A stretch of DNA of 62,610 nucleotides, filler included, from Globobulimina sp. (GCA_003354225.1; 27 parts of 27 records of this genome joined end to end with filler, not necessarily neighbours in it), one strand, 5' to 3'. Positions 11,618-23,742 are shown, numbered from the whole stretch's first letter. Made by a program: numbers and translations. Notes: a model not told the origin generated them from the sequence alone.

Positions 11618-12839
11618 TTTTCTTTGCGTAATTTGCCTATCAATACCTTCAATTCATTGTTATTTAATATCTTATTCACTTTCACATTGTTCGTAATCAA
11701 TTTACAGCGCGAACCAAACCGCAAAGATATTATGGTTTCGTCCCTATTGAACATATGTTTGGATGCATTGACAACCAATGTCGTCTTACAATTGCCGCCC
11801 AATGAATCTCTCAATACATGCGTCAGTTTGCTGTCTCTGAAGGGGACATGCTTCCTATTCTCAGCCAATGAGGAGATTACTTGACCTAAAACGGTCAATG
11901 ATAAGTTTATTTTTTGTGCTTCTTTCAAGCGATTTCCTGTAGCATTGGTTTTGCGTACTTTCTCACTGCCGGCAAGATCCACCATATTCAACTTGCCAAC
12001 CCGTATGCTGCCGTCATGTATCTTTATTGCCACCGTCAACACCATCAACATGTGACTGCGGGACGACGAGCGATTCATTGATGTTTCTGCTTTGGTACGA
12101 TACTTATTCGCACAGCCAATCAATTTGAGTACGTCTATTAATGTCATTACATGCGTTTCTGTCACATTCGTGATCTGGGTTTCGTGGTTTTTGTTTAATC
12201 GGATCTTTAATTGTTTTTTGGAGGAAGGATTGAGCAGATCTCGCAATTTTTCCTTGTAGATTTCAATAAATGATACGTTGACACGTGCTTCGATGATGTC
12301 GGGGGCATCTTCTATTTCGCTGAATATGTAGGATACTGAACGGGGGATAATACCCATTAACCGGGGGTCTCCGACACTGTCCTCGGGACCAAACATTGTA
12401 TAAGTTTTGCCTATGTAGTATATATTGTATGTCACTCTGATATTATATGAAATATATGCATGTTTTATACCAGATCCTGTCTGTCCTATATATTTATTAC
12501 ACAATGTATTGTATATATATTATGTTTTGCACAAGATATAGGCGTACCATATGCGAATATGCAGCCATTATAACCGGCTAAAACATCATTACAAACATGT
12601 TCTGCGACATGATTAAATGTGGATGACTGTGATAAGTTGTCATCGAGAATACGGTCAAATGTAAATCGGAGTGGCTCACTTGCTTTGATTGCACATATTT
12701 CGATTGCACCAATTTTTTTATCGTCATTATTTTGAAATATTATTGGTTTATCTTGGATTTTTAATTTTTTGGCCTCTTTTTTTTCACGTTTGTTTGTTGG
12801 GCGAAAACGAATTATGACATGGATAGTTTCTTGCGTCAT
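11618..12839 (-). CDS. Kinesin motor domain (kinesin-1-like), 3' incomplete; exons 12839-12548, 12485-12471, 12410-11618
   Basis: IFAYGQTGSGKT after splicing, NRSSSRSH switch I, DLAGSE switch II, HVPFRDSKLT. Confidence 0.95.
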
Positions 12840-12926
12840 GATGCTAACTGTGAATATACAGTTTTTGTTTTCAGTAGAAACACTTAGGCCGTATCCTTAT
12901 TTGTTGATGCTTGTTGATGTGGTGGA

Positions 12927-13026
12927 ATAGGCATTTTTGCTTTATCGTAAAAATCTATTTTCTAAGGAAAAAAACTGATTTTTTCTGTTTAAAAACAGAT
13001 TTTTAAGATAAAGCAAAAATGCCTAT
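12927..13026. mobile_element. 100-bp foldback hairpin, MITE-like, TA-flanked
   Basis: Left arm ataggcatttttgctttatcgtaaaaatctattttctaa; reverse complement of the right arm ataggcatttttgctttatcttaaaaatctgtttttaa. The first 20 nt are identical. Confidence 0.7.
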
Positions 13027-13118
13027 AGAATATCGTTATATCCATGATTTATTAAACTGTACGTTTCTGTATTGTTTGTAAACATTTTTTTAAGTTACTT
13101 GAGTGTCGGTGAAGAGTA

Positions 13119-13840
13119 ATGACAGCGTCCCGTGGTTCCTATGAAGTATCATTAATCACCGAAAAGGATAGACAATGGAAGCTAGACAAGTCCCAAAAAC
13201 ATTGTTATGTTTGTACAAAGGTGAAATTAACCAGAGGCAAAAGACATCATTGCAGGTAAAACATTGAATGCATAATGTTTTTAATTCTCACAAATTAATT
13301 ATATGATACATGTCATTATAGATTATGTGGAAATATATCATGTCCTGACTGTTGTCCCCGTATTTGTAAGAAATGTTTAGCAGAGAATATAAGCTCCAGC
13401 TCCTCCTCCATTAGCGATGGGACAGTTGGACAAATCCAAAGATTATGCAAATTAAAATCGCAACAAATTGCATGGAAAAAGGTAGAAATGATAGATAAAA
13501 TATATTATGAGCCAGTCTTCATTATCAATCAGGACGCCACCAAGATTTGCATTGTACGCAATGTAGATGGCGATTATTACGCAGTGCATAAAGACATATT
13601 ATTCGCAGCGCCAGAAAAGCAAAACATTTTAGATTCATTGCAATGTCTATTACATGCATTTATAAACCGGTCGAGTGAGTCATCCATCTCTTTAAAAAAA
13701 GCATTATATGCATTACAGGCTGACAATAGCAATATAAATACATCGCAGATATTGAAAAGGTGCCACATATTTTCATTTTATCCAATGTTGCAGGCGGAAT
13801 CATACAAATTGCAAGGTTTTATATTCAAGTCTTCCTTAAA
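13119..13840 (+). CDS. FYVE zinc-finger protein, 3' incomplete; join(13119..13255,13322..13840)
   Basis: WKLD...CYVC...GKRHHCR|LCGNISCPDCCPRICKKC after removing a 66-nt GT-AG intron (13256-13321). The frame continues into ORF 13488. Confidence 0.85.
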
Positions 13841-14127
13841 NNNNNNNNNNNNNNNNNNNNNNNNNNNNNNNNNNNNNNNNNNNNTTAATTAATTAANNNN
13901 NNNNNNNNNNNNNNNNNNNNNNNNNNNNNNNNNNNNNNNNAATTCACATGATATGATTGAATGACTAAAATGAATAAATACCGACAGTAGAAATCCAATG
14001 TGGCTGGACTTGGTTTGTGCATAAACTTTGTAAATCAAACATTGTACATTTCAGTTCAGCTAGACATTAAACGACATGGTAGCAACTTGAGTTTCAAGTG
14101 ATTTTCATCAAATTAAACTTTCCACGC

Positions 14128-15840
14128 ATGGCAACTTTACACGCATTGAAGTCTTGGTATGGCGGACTACCGCGAAACACAAAATTAATGGCGTATGGTG
14201 TTGGTAGTGTTATAGCATTTGGTGGCTTAATATTGCGTCGCCATCGTAGGAATAAAGCAGCAAAAACATTAGTGGACGATGAAAATACTCCATTGACAAA
14301 TCCAGTAAATGCTAGAAGCAGAAGAATAATGATACCATTAAGCACACATAAAACATTTTGGGGCTCATATTTATTATCAGCATGCACGTTATCATTAACA
14401 TTTTCATCCAGATTCAATGCACTTTGCCATAAATATATACCTCGAATCATGTCACATCGGTTTGCAAAAACATTCGAAGAATTATTACCACCGATTCCCA
14501 AAACATTATCTCAATCATTTAAATTAGGTCAATTGGAGAAGGAATTAACGCGTTTAGAAAATTCCAATGGCGATCAAGCAAAAGCAATCAACGATTTATT
14601 ATCTGCAGCAGCAAAGTTATTGCAGTTTGATGCGAAATCCATCATAAATGCTAAACAATTGCATGGCATTTTAAATCGAATAATTTCCATTGAAAATCAA
14701 AAAACACTCATACAGAGAATTGGTGGGGTCTTTAAATTCGTGGTATGTAAACGACATATATTCTATGTAATAATTCATAATATTTTGATTTCATTTATTG
14801 CATAGAACATAATGTGGACATTGAGTATCTTAGGAATATCAGTTACAGTGATACCGGTTCTTTATTTGATTGCGAAACCAATTTGGGATGAAATCTATAA
14901 CTTTTTGAAGAAATTCTTAACAAAAATGGCTGATATATTATACAAAATACTGTTCAATGACACAGCATACACAGTTTATGAGATGATGGGCTATGCCACG
15001 TCGTGGTATTTTATGTATTTAGGTTTGGAGAGTGAGGGTAATTCCACTATTGGTTTTTTTACAAGTTTGACTGGTTTAGGTTAGGTATATAATCTTAACT
15101 GTTTGCTGTTTGTGTGTGTAATATATAATAATAATAATATAAAATAAAAAGGTGTTTGGTCAGCAGTGTATGTGGCAGCCGCACGGCCGATTAGTAGGGA
15201 TGTCTGGCGTCCAATGACTGCATTAATTGTCAGTTTATTAACCACTCCGTTGGCATATAAATTTGAGTCAAGCAGATTAGGGATGGCAGCTGTTTGTGGA
15301 GCATATGCTTATTTATGTTCAGTTATATATGGTATGGGTAGGGATTACATCGAGCATTTATTTGATGGCGATTTGTCAGGAGTTGGTGTTGCTGCATCGC
15401 TGATATTTAATGCCGGATTAATTGCATTGAAATTAAAGAATATTGACATAAAACCAGTTGCAATGTTCATTCAACCGACCTGTGTCATTGGTTGCATTGG
15501 CATATATTCTGCATTGTTGTCGTATGCTTACGAACATGGATTATTTTGGTATAATAGAAGGAAAATATCAATTGATTATTGGCAAAGGCAGTATACGATG
15601 GTTATATCATTGATTGTTGGCGTTGGATTTGGGACTGTTCTGAATTTGCCAGCAATGAGTAATACAGCTTATGTTTACATGGCTTTCTATGTAATTCAAA
15701 AAATGATTGAATTTGATACATTATGGAAGGGAACAAATGCTTATTTTTCAATATTTAGCTCAAGTATTATTACGTGGAGACTTGCATTGTATTTGCATAA
15801 AAATCCACAAATTTTTACAAATATGGTTAAATTTGAATGA
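14128..15840 (+). CDS. Multi-pass membrane protein of unknown function; introns 14743-14805 and 15080-15151
   Basis: Two GT-AG introns (63 and 72 nt) join three ORF-track pieces in frame. There are many hydrophobic segments. Confidence 0.75.
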
Positions 15841-16102
15841 TTTAATTTAAATTCCCATAAAATCAGTAATTTTAATATATTGCTGTCAGTGCTTGGATTT
15901 GTAATTAAGTCCGCTTTCAATTTCATTATTTCAAACATGGACAAATTAAATCGTTTTTGTAAACATGCTGATGTGTCCTATCACTCGCTATTGTATTATG
16001 ATAATATGATTTAGTAATTAGTATTTAAACAATTTGTCACATTGCGAGTGATTCAAATGTTCTCGTCATTTGTGTATACTGTTGTATACTGTGAATGTGT
16101 GC

Positions 16103-16163
16103 TTTTTTTTTAACAAAATGACCGTCATTTCTGTTTTTTTTTAACAAAATGACCGTCATTTCG
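16103..16163. repeat. 31-bp tandem repeat, two copies to the contig end, each with an AAATGAC-C-GTCATTT palindrome
   Basis: tttttttttaacaaaatgaccgtcatttc occurs twice in tandem. Confidence 0.75.
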
Positions 16164-16263
16164 NNNNNNNNNNNNNNNNNNNNNNNNNNNNNNNNNNNNN
16201 NNNNNNNTTAATTAATTAANNNNNNNNNNNNNNNNNNNNNNNNNNNNNNNNNNNNNNNNNNNN

Positions 16264-18486
16264 AGCCTTATTATTCAAGCGTTTGCAGCCCATTTTGCAC
16301 AATAAATCGCGATTTAACAACTGCTTCTTATCCACAAAGCGATTCTTTTCATCCTTGCATTTCCAGACTTGGCCAAGGGCAGCTTTCCACAGATCCGAAC
16401 GTATCAAATCATTGGCAAAGATCTGCTGCGCCAATGTACGCACCGCGTCACATCGAAATTGTTTCTGATAAAACAACGTCTGCAGCCGACTGAAATTTAC
16501 ACCTAATTTCTCATTGCGGATATTGGGCCGCATCAAGTTTGCCATCTTACAGATCGTCTCGACACTGGCTTGTCGCAATATATCCACCTGCCAATCATGC
16601 AATTTCTTCACCGGCTCTGCTGCTTTCTTCTCCTCCTTCTCCTCACCAGTCTTCATCTCCTCTTCTTTCTTATCCTCAGCCTCATCCTCCTCATCCTCCT
16701 CCTCTTCGGCAACCAATTTCAACGCAATTTTCTCAGCCTGCGTCAAATCGTCAAATAGCTCGCGCCAATTCCCATAAATGATATAACTCAACGCGCCCAG
16801 CAACGTAGTCCCATCGTCCACCGGTCCAAACTCGTTGCCGTCCATCGAATAACCGTCGCTGTCATAGGCCAATGTGTTGCTGATACTGTCATACGCCCGG
16901 TTTCTCGTCCTCCGACGTCGCATAAAGGGGCTGGTATAAATATCCTCCTCTTCCTCCTCATTGCCTACACCCAACACCTCCCAGAAATTCTCATCATCCA
17001 CGTTCACATTGGCGTCGTCCGCATGCGCCACAAACACTGCCTCACTGAACATGGCTGCGTCCGGATCGTTGGTCAACGCGTCGTGTTTGACGGTCTCTGT
17101 CCGCGTGTTTAATATGTCATCGATACTGGCATTGGCAAACTTTTTTATATCATCGTCGGTCTGCACGTCCTTTAAAAACATGCAAATGGCGCCTTTCCGT
17201 AACATATCATTGATATCGCTCTTACCCATATCCTTCATATCGCCCATAACCACCTTATTCAATGCTAATTTCTGATCGGCGCGTTTAAACATACTCTCTT
17301 CGTAGCAATTACGCGTAATCAGTCGATAGACCTTCACCTGCTTCTTTTGCCCAATACGATGGCAACGCGCAATGGCTTGGACATCATTCATCGGATTCCA
17401 GTCACTGTCGTATATAATCACCGTATCCGCGGCCATCAAATTGATCCCTACGCCGCCGGCTCGCGTAGTTAACAAAAATACAAAGATGCTGTCATCGCGC
17501 TGATAGCGGTCAATTGCTTCCTGCCGCTCAATGCCAGTCACACTGCCATCCAATCGCTCATATAAATGCTGCCGATAATTGAGATAATCCTCCAAAATAT
17601 CCAACAAATGCGACATTTGACTGAAGATCAAGACCCGATGGCCTTCGCGTTTCAATTTCGGCAATAATTTGTCCAACAACACCAATTTCCCGCTCGATTT
17701 GATCAAATTCTCGTTCATAGTCACCAGGTCCGTGCCGGGCGGCGACATAGTTTTCTCCACATCCGTCATTAAAAAGGGATGGTTGCAACATTTACGCAGT
17801 TGCATGGCCACGTTCATCAGCGACGCCTTGGCGGCGCCGCACGCCTTCAACTTCTCATACGACCGTTGGTACAGTGCCTTGTACCATTTCTTCTGAAATA
17901 GGGTCAGTTCCACCCATATGATCTTCTCCTCGCGTTGACCCAAGCTTTTCTCCACCAAATACTTCAACCGCTGCAACAATCGCACGTCCAGCAACGCTTT
18001 CAGCTCATTCTTGCTCTCCGCCAAATTGCTAAATCTCTGCACAAACCCGGCCTGATCCTCGAAATTCGCCGGGTCCATAAAATGCAGCAAACACCACAGC
18101 TCGTCCATGTTGTTCTGGATCGGCGTACCCGTCAACAACACAGTGTGCGTATAGGCGTTCTTAAAGGTCCTCAACGTGCGGTAGAACAACGAATGGTCGT
18201 TTTTCAACGAATGGGCCTCGTCCACGACGATGGTATTCCATAATATCTGCGACGAGTTCAATAATTTCACGTCCTGGTTGACAATCTGCGGCGTGGTGAC
18301 CATGACATGGAACTTGAAGTTGTTCACGTTCAATTTGCGCAAATCTTTGCCATTTTTCGCGCGGGGATGGCGAGTGTCGGTCCACAGCCAATCGAATTCT
18401 TCGTGGACGATGCGTTCGCGCGCCGAGGCGTTGCCGTGGTACACAATCACATTCATATCGGACCAGGCCCGGAATTCGCGCTGCCA
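16264..18486 (-). CDS. CHD6-9/Kismet-type SNF2 chromatin remodeller, internal fragment
   Basis: VDEAH, LLTGTPIQNN, MQLRKCCNHPFL, LLTTRAGGVGINL, DSDWNP..D.QA.ARCHRIGQ. The post-helicase KF...IDDIL..RT...FSEAVF...VDDENFW segment is characteristic of subfamily III CHDs. Confidence 0.92.
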
Positions 18487-18586
18487 NNNNNNNNNNNNNN
18501 NNNNNNNNNNNNNNNNNNNNNNNNNNNNNNTTAATTAATTAANNNNNNNNNNNNNNNNNNNNNNNNNNNNNNNNNNNNNNNNNNNN

Positions 18587-20116
18587 AAGTGTGTTTTTCA
18601 TATTCTGAAAAATTGAGGGCCTGTTAAGTCCTTCACCATACAGGAACTTGAGAACATTATTCCGGTTCAAATCATAAATAGCGGCAAAACGGCTCAAGGT
18701 CTCTATCTTGTCCCAGTCATACTCACCTTCGGCATTGTTGGAAACAATTTCAGTGGAGATTTCTCCGGAGTCGTCGATATCATCCTGTACCGTAACCTGT
18801 GTTCTGGCAAGATTATAAGACAGCATCTGGTCAAATCGTATACCTGCCGTAAATTTCAGATTAGACAGCAGCCGATAATCAACCTGGGTAAACAGCGCCC
18901 TTGTTCGGACATCACCCCTAACATGTTCAAATCCGTTCTCAAGGCCCGGATCACCAAAAGAGGGAAGGTCATATAAGCTGTGGGCATCCAATACAGTCCT
19001 GATATTGATTCCGGATGTTATCTTCAGGTCTTCATACGGTGTGACAAACGCATCAATCTCTCCTTCAAATGCATTTGAATCTATCTGTTGAGTTCCAAAA
19101 AAATCGTTTGATAGCAAATTAAATTTATAATAATCATTGTTTCTGAAATATCCCAGTTTAGTATTAAAAGAGAATAAACTGGAACATATTTTTTGATAAT
19201 TACCTGATATATTTATGGATGTATAGCGACCAAGAGTCCCTTCACCCCCGGACGGTGCTGGAAAAAATGAATAACTCTCTTTCTCATTTTCATTATATGT
19301 CACATTCAATGTCAGATTCTGGAAAAGGCCTGAAAAATTCATGTACTTTTGATTTTCTTCCAGAGTATTTTTTGTTCGATCATCAAGAGCAGCTCCCCAG
19401 CCATCAGGAAATTCATCATTCCGGAGTTCGGAATAGGATACATCGATTCCTTTTGAATCATAAATCGCTGCATCAATACTGTATTTTATCCGGTCATTTT
19501 GTGAAAATCCGGATGTACTGATAACCGTATTATATGTCCCTTCACTATCTATTGATCCGGATATTTGGCTTTGCGGGGCCTCTTCCGGCTTTTCACTGGT
19601 GATAATATTGATGACGCCATAAAATGCCCCGCTTCCGTATATGACAGACATAGGCCCCCGAATAACTTCAATTCTTTCAATGGTCTCCACAGGAACAGCA
19701 ATTTTTGTCAACGGATAGCTGGAATAAAGATCAGCAATCTGATTAACCCCCTTTACCAGGATGATTAAATTCCTGTTTGCCACACCCGTCCAGAAACCCC
19801 TTACACCGAACTTGGCACTATCCTCTCCATAATCGTCAATCAAGAACAGGCCGGGAATATTTTCCAAAATATCCTGCAGCCTTGTATATCCATAGGATTC
19901 AATTTCTCTACGGGAAATTACGACAACACTCGCAGGTATGTCCCTTACTTTTTCGAGCTGCTTGCCGGCAGTAACGACTTTCATGGTCATCAACTGCTCG
20001 ATAGACATATTGAATACATCTTCAGGTTTTAAATCATTTGCGGAAGATGGCATGCCATGGATAATAAAAAAGAAAAAAAATACGGCCAATGAAATGTTCA
20101 TTAAGTATTTCATCAT
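18587..20116 (-). CDS. Bacterial TonB-dependent outer-membrane receptor, 3' incomplete
   Basis: Signal peptide; MSIEQLMTMKVVTAGK...PASVVVISR...ILENIPG; plug motif IERIEVIRGPMSVIYGSGAFYGVINIIT; beta-barrel strands; no introns. Confidence 0.93.
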
Positions 20117-20440
20117 GGACCCCCGGGAATCATGATAGATTCCTTAAGTAGTTTTCAATATTTCAGGTTCTGGTAAATCAAACAGGTAGCTGGGTGACGC
20201 TTGTTGGCATCCGGTTGACGGCTTGGGCCAAATTGATCGAATATTATTTAACGTTTGTTCGAAAACAGATATTGCAGGAAATAGCCTTTTGGGGCCAGAC
20301 ACAATTTAATAGTATAAATTGAAGTGGAGATTAGCGTCTATTCGAATCAACTATTTTAGTAAAATGGATAAATATCCGGGAAATAATGAATTCGTTTTAA
20401 TTTAACCAATATATAAACGAAATGGTATGATATGTCAATT

Positions 20441-20809
20441 TTATTGTACAGGAAACCATTCCCGCATTCTATCTATAACCATCCGTCTTTGTTCAACCAG
20501 TGAATCCGGGTCGTCCTTCCCCGGCTCTTCCCATGGTTTGCCGAGGTCCATATCCGAAGCAATGATCTTATAGCAGTTGTAGGACTGGACGCAACTGGCT
20601 TCACCACCAATGTGCCAGAAACCGCCGGTGCAGTATAGATTTGTAATGGGCGTCCGATGGTTGGCCAGCTCCGGTGTGGGACGGTTCGCGCCACTCTGTT
20701 CCGGTGTCTGGTCTATTCCGGCAAAGTTGCCGTGGGGGGACAGGTTTTTCATGCGGCAGACATCAAAGGGACTGTTGGTATCTATACCGATGATATTGTT
20801 CCAGTTCAT
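20441..20809 (-). CDS. Bacterial FAD-dependent oxidoreductase (phytoene dehydrogenase-like), C-terminal part
   Basis: SPFD...GNFAGID...RPTPELANHRTPITNLYCTGGFWHIGG...SYNCYKII fits the family C-terminal motif RTP+.+LY..G...HPGGG+.G..G.N.A. Confidence 0.8.
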   Translation of the reverse strand: MNWNNIIGIDTNSPFDVCRMKNLSPHGNFAGIDQTPEQSGANRPTPELANHRTPITNLYCTGGFWHIGGEASCVQSYNCYKIIASDMDLGKPWEEPGKDDPDSLVEQRRMVIDRMREWFPVQ

Positions 20810-20909
20810 NNNNNNNNNNNNNNNNNNNNNNNNNNNNNNNNNNNNNNNNNNNNTTAATTAATTAANNNNNNNNNNNNNNNNNNNNNNNNNNNNNNNNNNN
20901 NNNNNNNNN

Positions 20910-21765
20910 TTATGATCTATGAGTTCCTGGACGTATCATTATAGAATGTACAGATCCATTCCACAATTCTCTACCATCAGCATATCCGGCTCCAATGGTA
21001 ACAACATTACTGTGGCATGAAGACCTTTTACATTCAGATGTTGTAATATATTTACCATTGATATAAAATTCCCATAAATTACCAACTTTAATTAGCATTA
21101 TATATATTTTCTGATTTAATTCAATATATCCTTTTTCTCCAAAACTACAAAATTCATTTGACGGAGCCCATTGCTGTCCAACCATCCATTTCGCCGCAGT
21201 ATTTACTACACTTCCTCTATACACCCGATCTCTACGTAACCCCATCCAAAAAGCACCTGCAGTAATCAATATAAAATAGCATACACTGCAGACACAACTA
21301 TTGAGCTAATTTATTGTGGTGAGCTATTAACTCCAAAAGTTGAAGTCCGATCACCATTCACCACAATGAAAATTAACTCAATAGCCGTGTCTGCAGTGAT
21401 TAAATACCTATTGTACCACCAATAAACCCTTCCCATTCCACTGTTATTTTTGATGGTGTCGCTAATTCTGCAGTTAATGTAAAATCATTATTTATGATGT
21501 CATGAAAAAATACTAAATCATCGGCAGAATGTTTAAAAGTTTTATAATTTTTGATTAAAATTTCATGTGATATATTTGGATTCCATGCCCACCAATTTTG
21601 GAGATATGAAGCGATGATTGCACCGATGTCTCATGTTATTGGTTGTGTGGAGTATATAATATCAGACATTTCATCAAGTATTTCCTTTCCATGCTTCATT
21701 GTACACCGTAAGTTCGTTGGTTCATGCTTGCTACGTGTACTTGATGCAGTGTTTAGATTTCCCAT
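20910..21765 (-). pseudogene. LamG/concanavalin A-like domain gene with one in-frame TGA (codon 45, 21633-21631); intron 21407-21257
   Basis: MGNLNTAS...QPIT*DIGAIIASYL...FTLTAEL...FIGGTIG|AFWMG...WEFYINGK...VTIGAG...WNGSVHSIMI, ending in TAA at 20912-20910. The frame is otherwise intact. Confidence 0.65.
21284..21398. mobile_element. 115-bp MITE-like inverted-repeat element inside an intron
   Basis: Left arm cactgcagacacaactattgagctaatttattgtggtga; reverse complement of the right arm cactgcagacacggctattgagttaattttcattgtggtga. Confidence 0.75.
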
Positions 21766-21967
21766 TGTTCCCAAAATACTAAAGACGCATAGGTTTTTGA
21801 AAGCAAGCTTTATTGTATAAATAAATTAATAAAACACCATTAAACGTCTGCATGTCGTATTAAATGAAAACGGAAAATGTATTTGCTGTTCACACATTTG
21901 CTTGATTATGTTATAAATATACAATCTGAAATTTATATGGCAACACAAAACAAAATAATAATAATAA

Positions 21968-23131
21968 CTATTTATTTAATGTTGACTTTTTCTTCTTTTT
22001 TTTCTTTTTAATGATGTCGTTGAATTGTTGTACTATTTCAGATACTTTTGAATTTGTTCCTTGTTGGGATTGGGAACTCTTTTGTTTTCTTGCACGGTTT
22101 CTGTTTCTTGTAATTCTTTTTTTATTTTTATTCTTGGCGGGATTATGTTTCTTCATCTTTGATTTCCATCTTTTAATAGCTAGTCTTGTTCTCTTTTTAC
22201 TCCTTTTTGTTGGTGTAATACTTGAGGTGGTTGACTGACTTGACTCTGTTGATGAATCTAATATATTTTTATATTTCTTGGTATTCAATAATGTAAATGA
22301 ATTAATTTCATCCAGTCCACTCTCGTCACCTTTGTGTTGAACAATTCTCTTCATGTCATTTGTCAATTTATTTATTTCCACTTCTTTTTGTTTTAATTCC
22401 CTTTCGCACATAAAAAGCACTTGTTTTGTTGTTTCAAGTTCATAATGTATTGGCGCAGTTGTCTCCAACTTATAATTATTCAAAGCCTGTTTCAAATCCA
22501 TTACGTCACATTCTGTGTTGTGTTTCATTTGTGTCATATCATTTATACATTTATCAAATTCCTTTTTTAATATTCCCATTTCTTCTTTAAAATCTTCATA
22601 TTTATTTTTATATTCCTTTGCATTCATTTTATTAATTTGCTGTTTCATTTCACTCTCAGCACCGACTTGTTGTTGAACAATGTTTTGTTGTATTTCAAGT
22701 TTATCCAACAAATGACTTATTATATCATCTATTGTACGTAACGCCAAATTATTTTCATTTTTTTGTTGAATAATTTTCTTTATCTTTTGACTTATTTCTT
22801 CATTTAACTTTTTGTCGCTAACTGGTTGTTGGAGTATGTGCAATAATTCATTTGTCTTAATTTCTGATAATACCTTTTCTCTTTCCATCATATTCTGCAT
22901 TCGTAGTTTTATTTGTTGATTGGTGGCAATCCCATCACTCATACACTCATTGATTATTACATAAAATGTAGCTTTAATATCATTATCTATCATCTTTGCA
23001 CTTTTATGATACATTTGCCGTTGGAGTGTATCCAACAATTCATTTATATCATTATTATCACCGCTTTGTACAGTTTCCGTGTTGTTTTCAAATGATTCAA
23101 AATTGAAAAATTCAGATCTAGAAATTGTCAG
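21968..23131 (-). CDS. Coiled-coil protein with a Lys-rich tail, 5' incomplete
   Basis: The frame is open to the contig edge and is E/K/Q-rich with heptad character. Confidence 0.65.
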   Translation of the reverse strand: MTISRSEFFNFESFENNTETVQSGDNNDINELLDTLQRQMYHKSAKMIDNDIKATFYVIINECMSDGIATNQQIKLRMQNMMEREKVLSEIKTNELLHILQQPVSDKKLNEEISQKIKKIIQQKNENNLALRTIDDIISHLLDKLEIQQNIVQQQVGAESEMKQQINKMNAKEYKNKYEDFKEEMGILKKEFDKCINDMTQMKHNTECDVMDLKQALNNYKLETTAPIHYELETTKQVLFMCERELKQKEVEINKLTNDMKRIVQHKGDESGLDEINSFTLLNTKKYKNILDSSTESSQSTTSSITPTKRSKKRTRLAIKRWKSKMKKHNPAKNKNKKRITRNRNRARKQKSSQSQQGTNSKVSEIVQQFNDIIKKKKKKKKSTLNK

Positions 23132-23233
23132 ANNNNNNNNNNNNNNNNNNNNNNNNNNNNNNNNNNNNNNNNNNNNTTAATTAATTAANNNNNNNNNNNN
23201 NNNNNNNNNNNNNNNNNNNNNNNNNNNNNNNNT

Positions 23234-23700
23234 TGTGGTTATTCACATAATATATTATTATCATTAAATAACAAAGTTTTGACCTTTTTGTGTTGTGTTT
23301 ATTTTTATACAAATAGATTTTAATAAATAAGATATATTGTTTTGGAGAGAATAGTGCTTATCAATGTGGAAATGGTGCAAATGAAGATGTGTATTTACCA
23401 CAACCAAATGAAACATTAAAAAAAAAAACAATTATTGATATTAAATGTGGAGCACATCATAATATTATTAAAACATGGGACAATACATATTATTTATGGG
23501 GATATAATGGCTATAATCAATGTTTACATGTAACTGATGCCAATATTAATCCTGCAATATATATTAAGAAACCATTATTATTTAATTCAGATTATTTTGA
23601 TAAAGATGAAGAAATAATTGATATTTATGCTGGATATAATGAAACCCGAATAATAATTGGTAAAGAAAACAATGACGATGAAAAAGCGAATTTTGTGTAA
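23234..23700 (+). CDS. RCC1-repeat protein, C-terminal part; intron 23276-23331
   Basis: CGYSHNILLSLNNK|IYCFGENSAYQCG...IIDIKCGAHHNII...YLWGYNGYNQC. Confidence 0.85.
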
Positions 23701-23742
23701 TAAACATCAACAAGGAACAAAAAACATTGCTTTGCAAAAACG

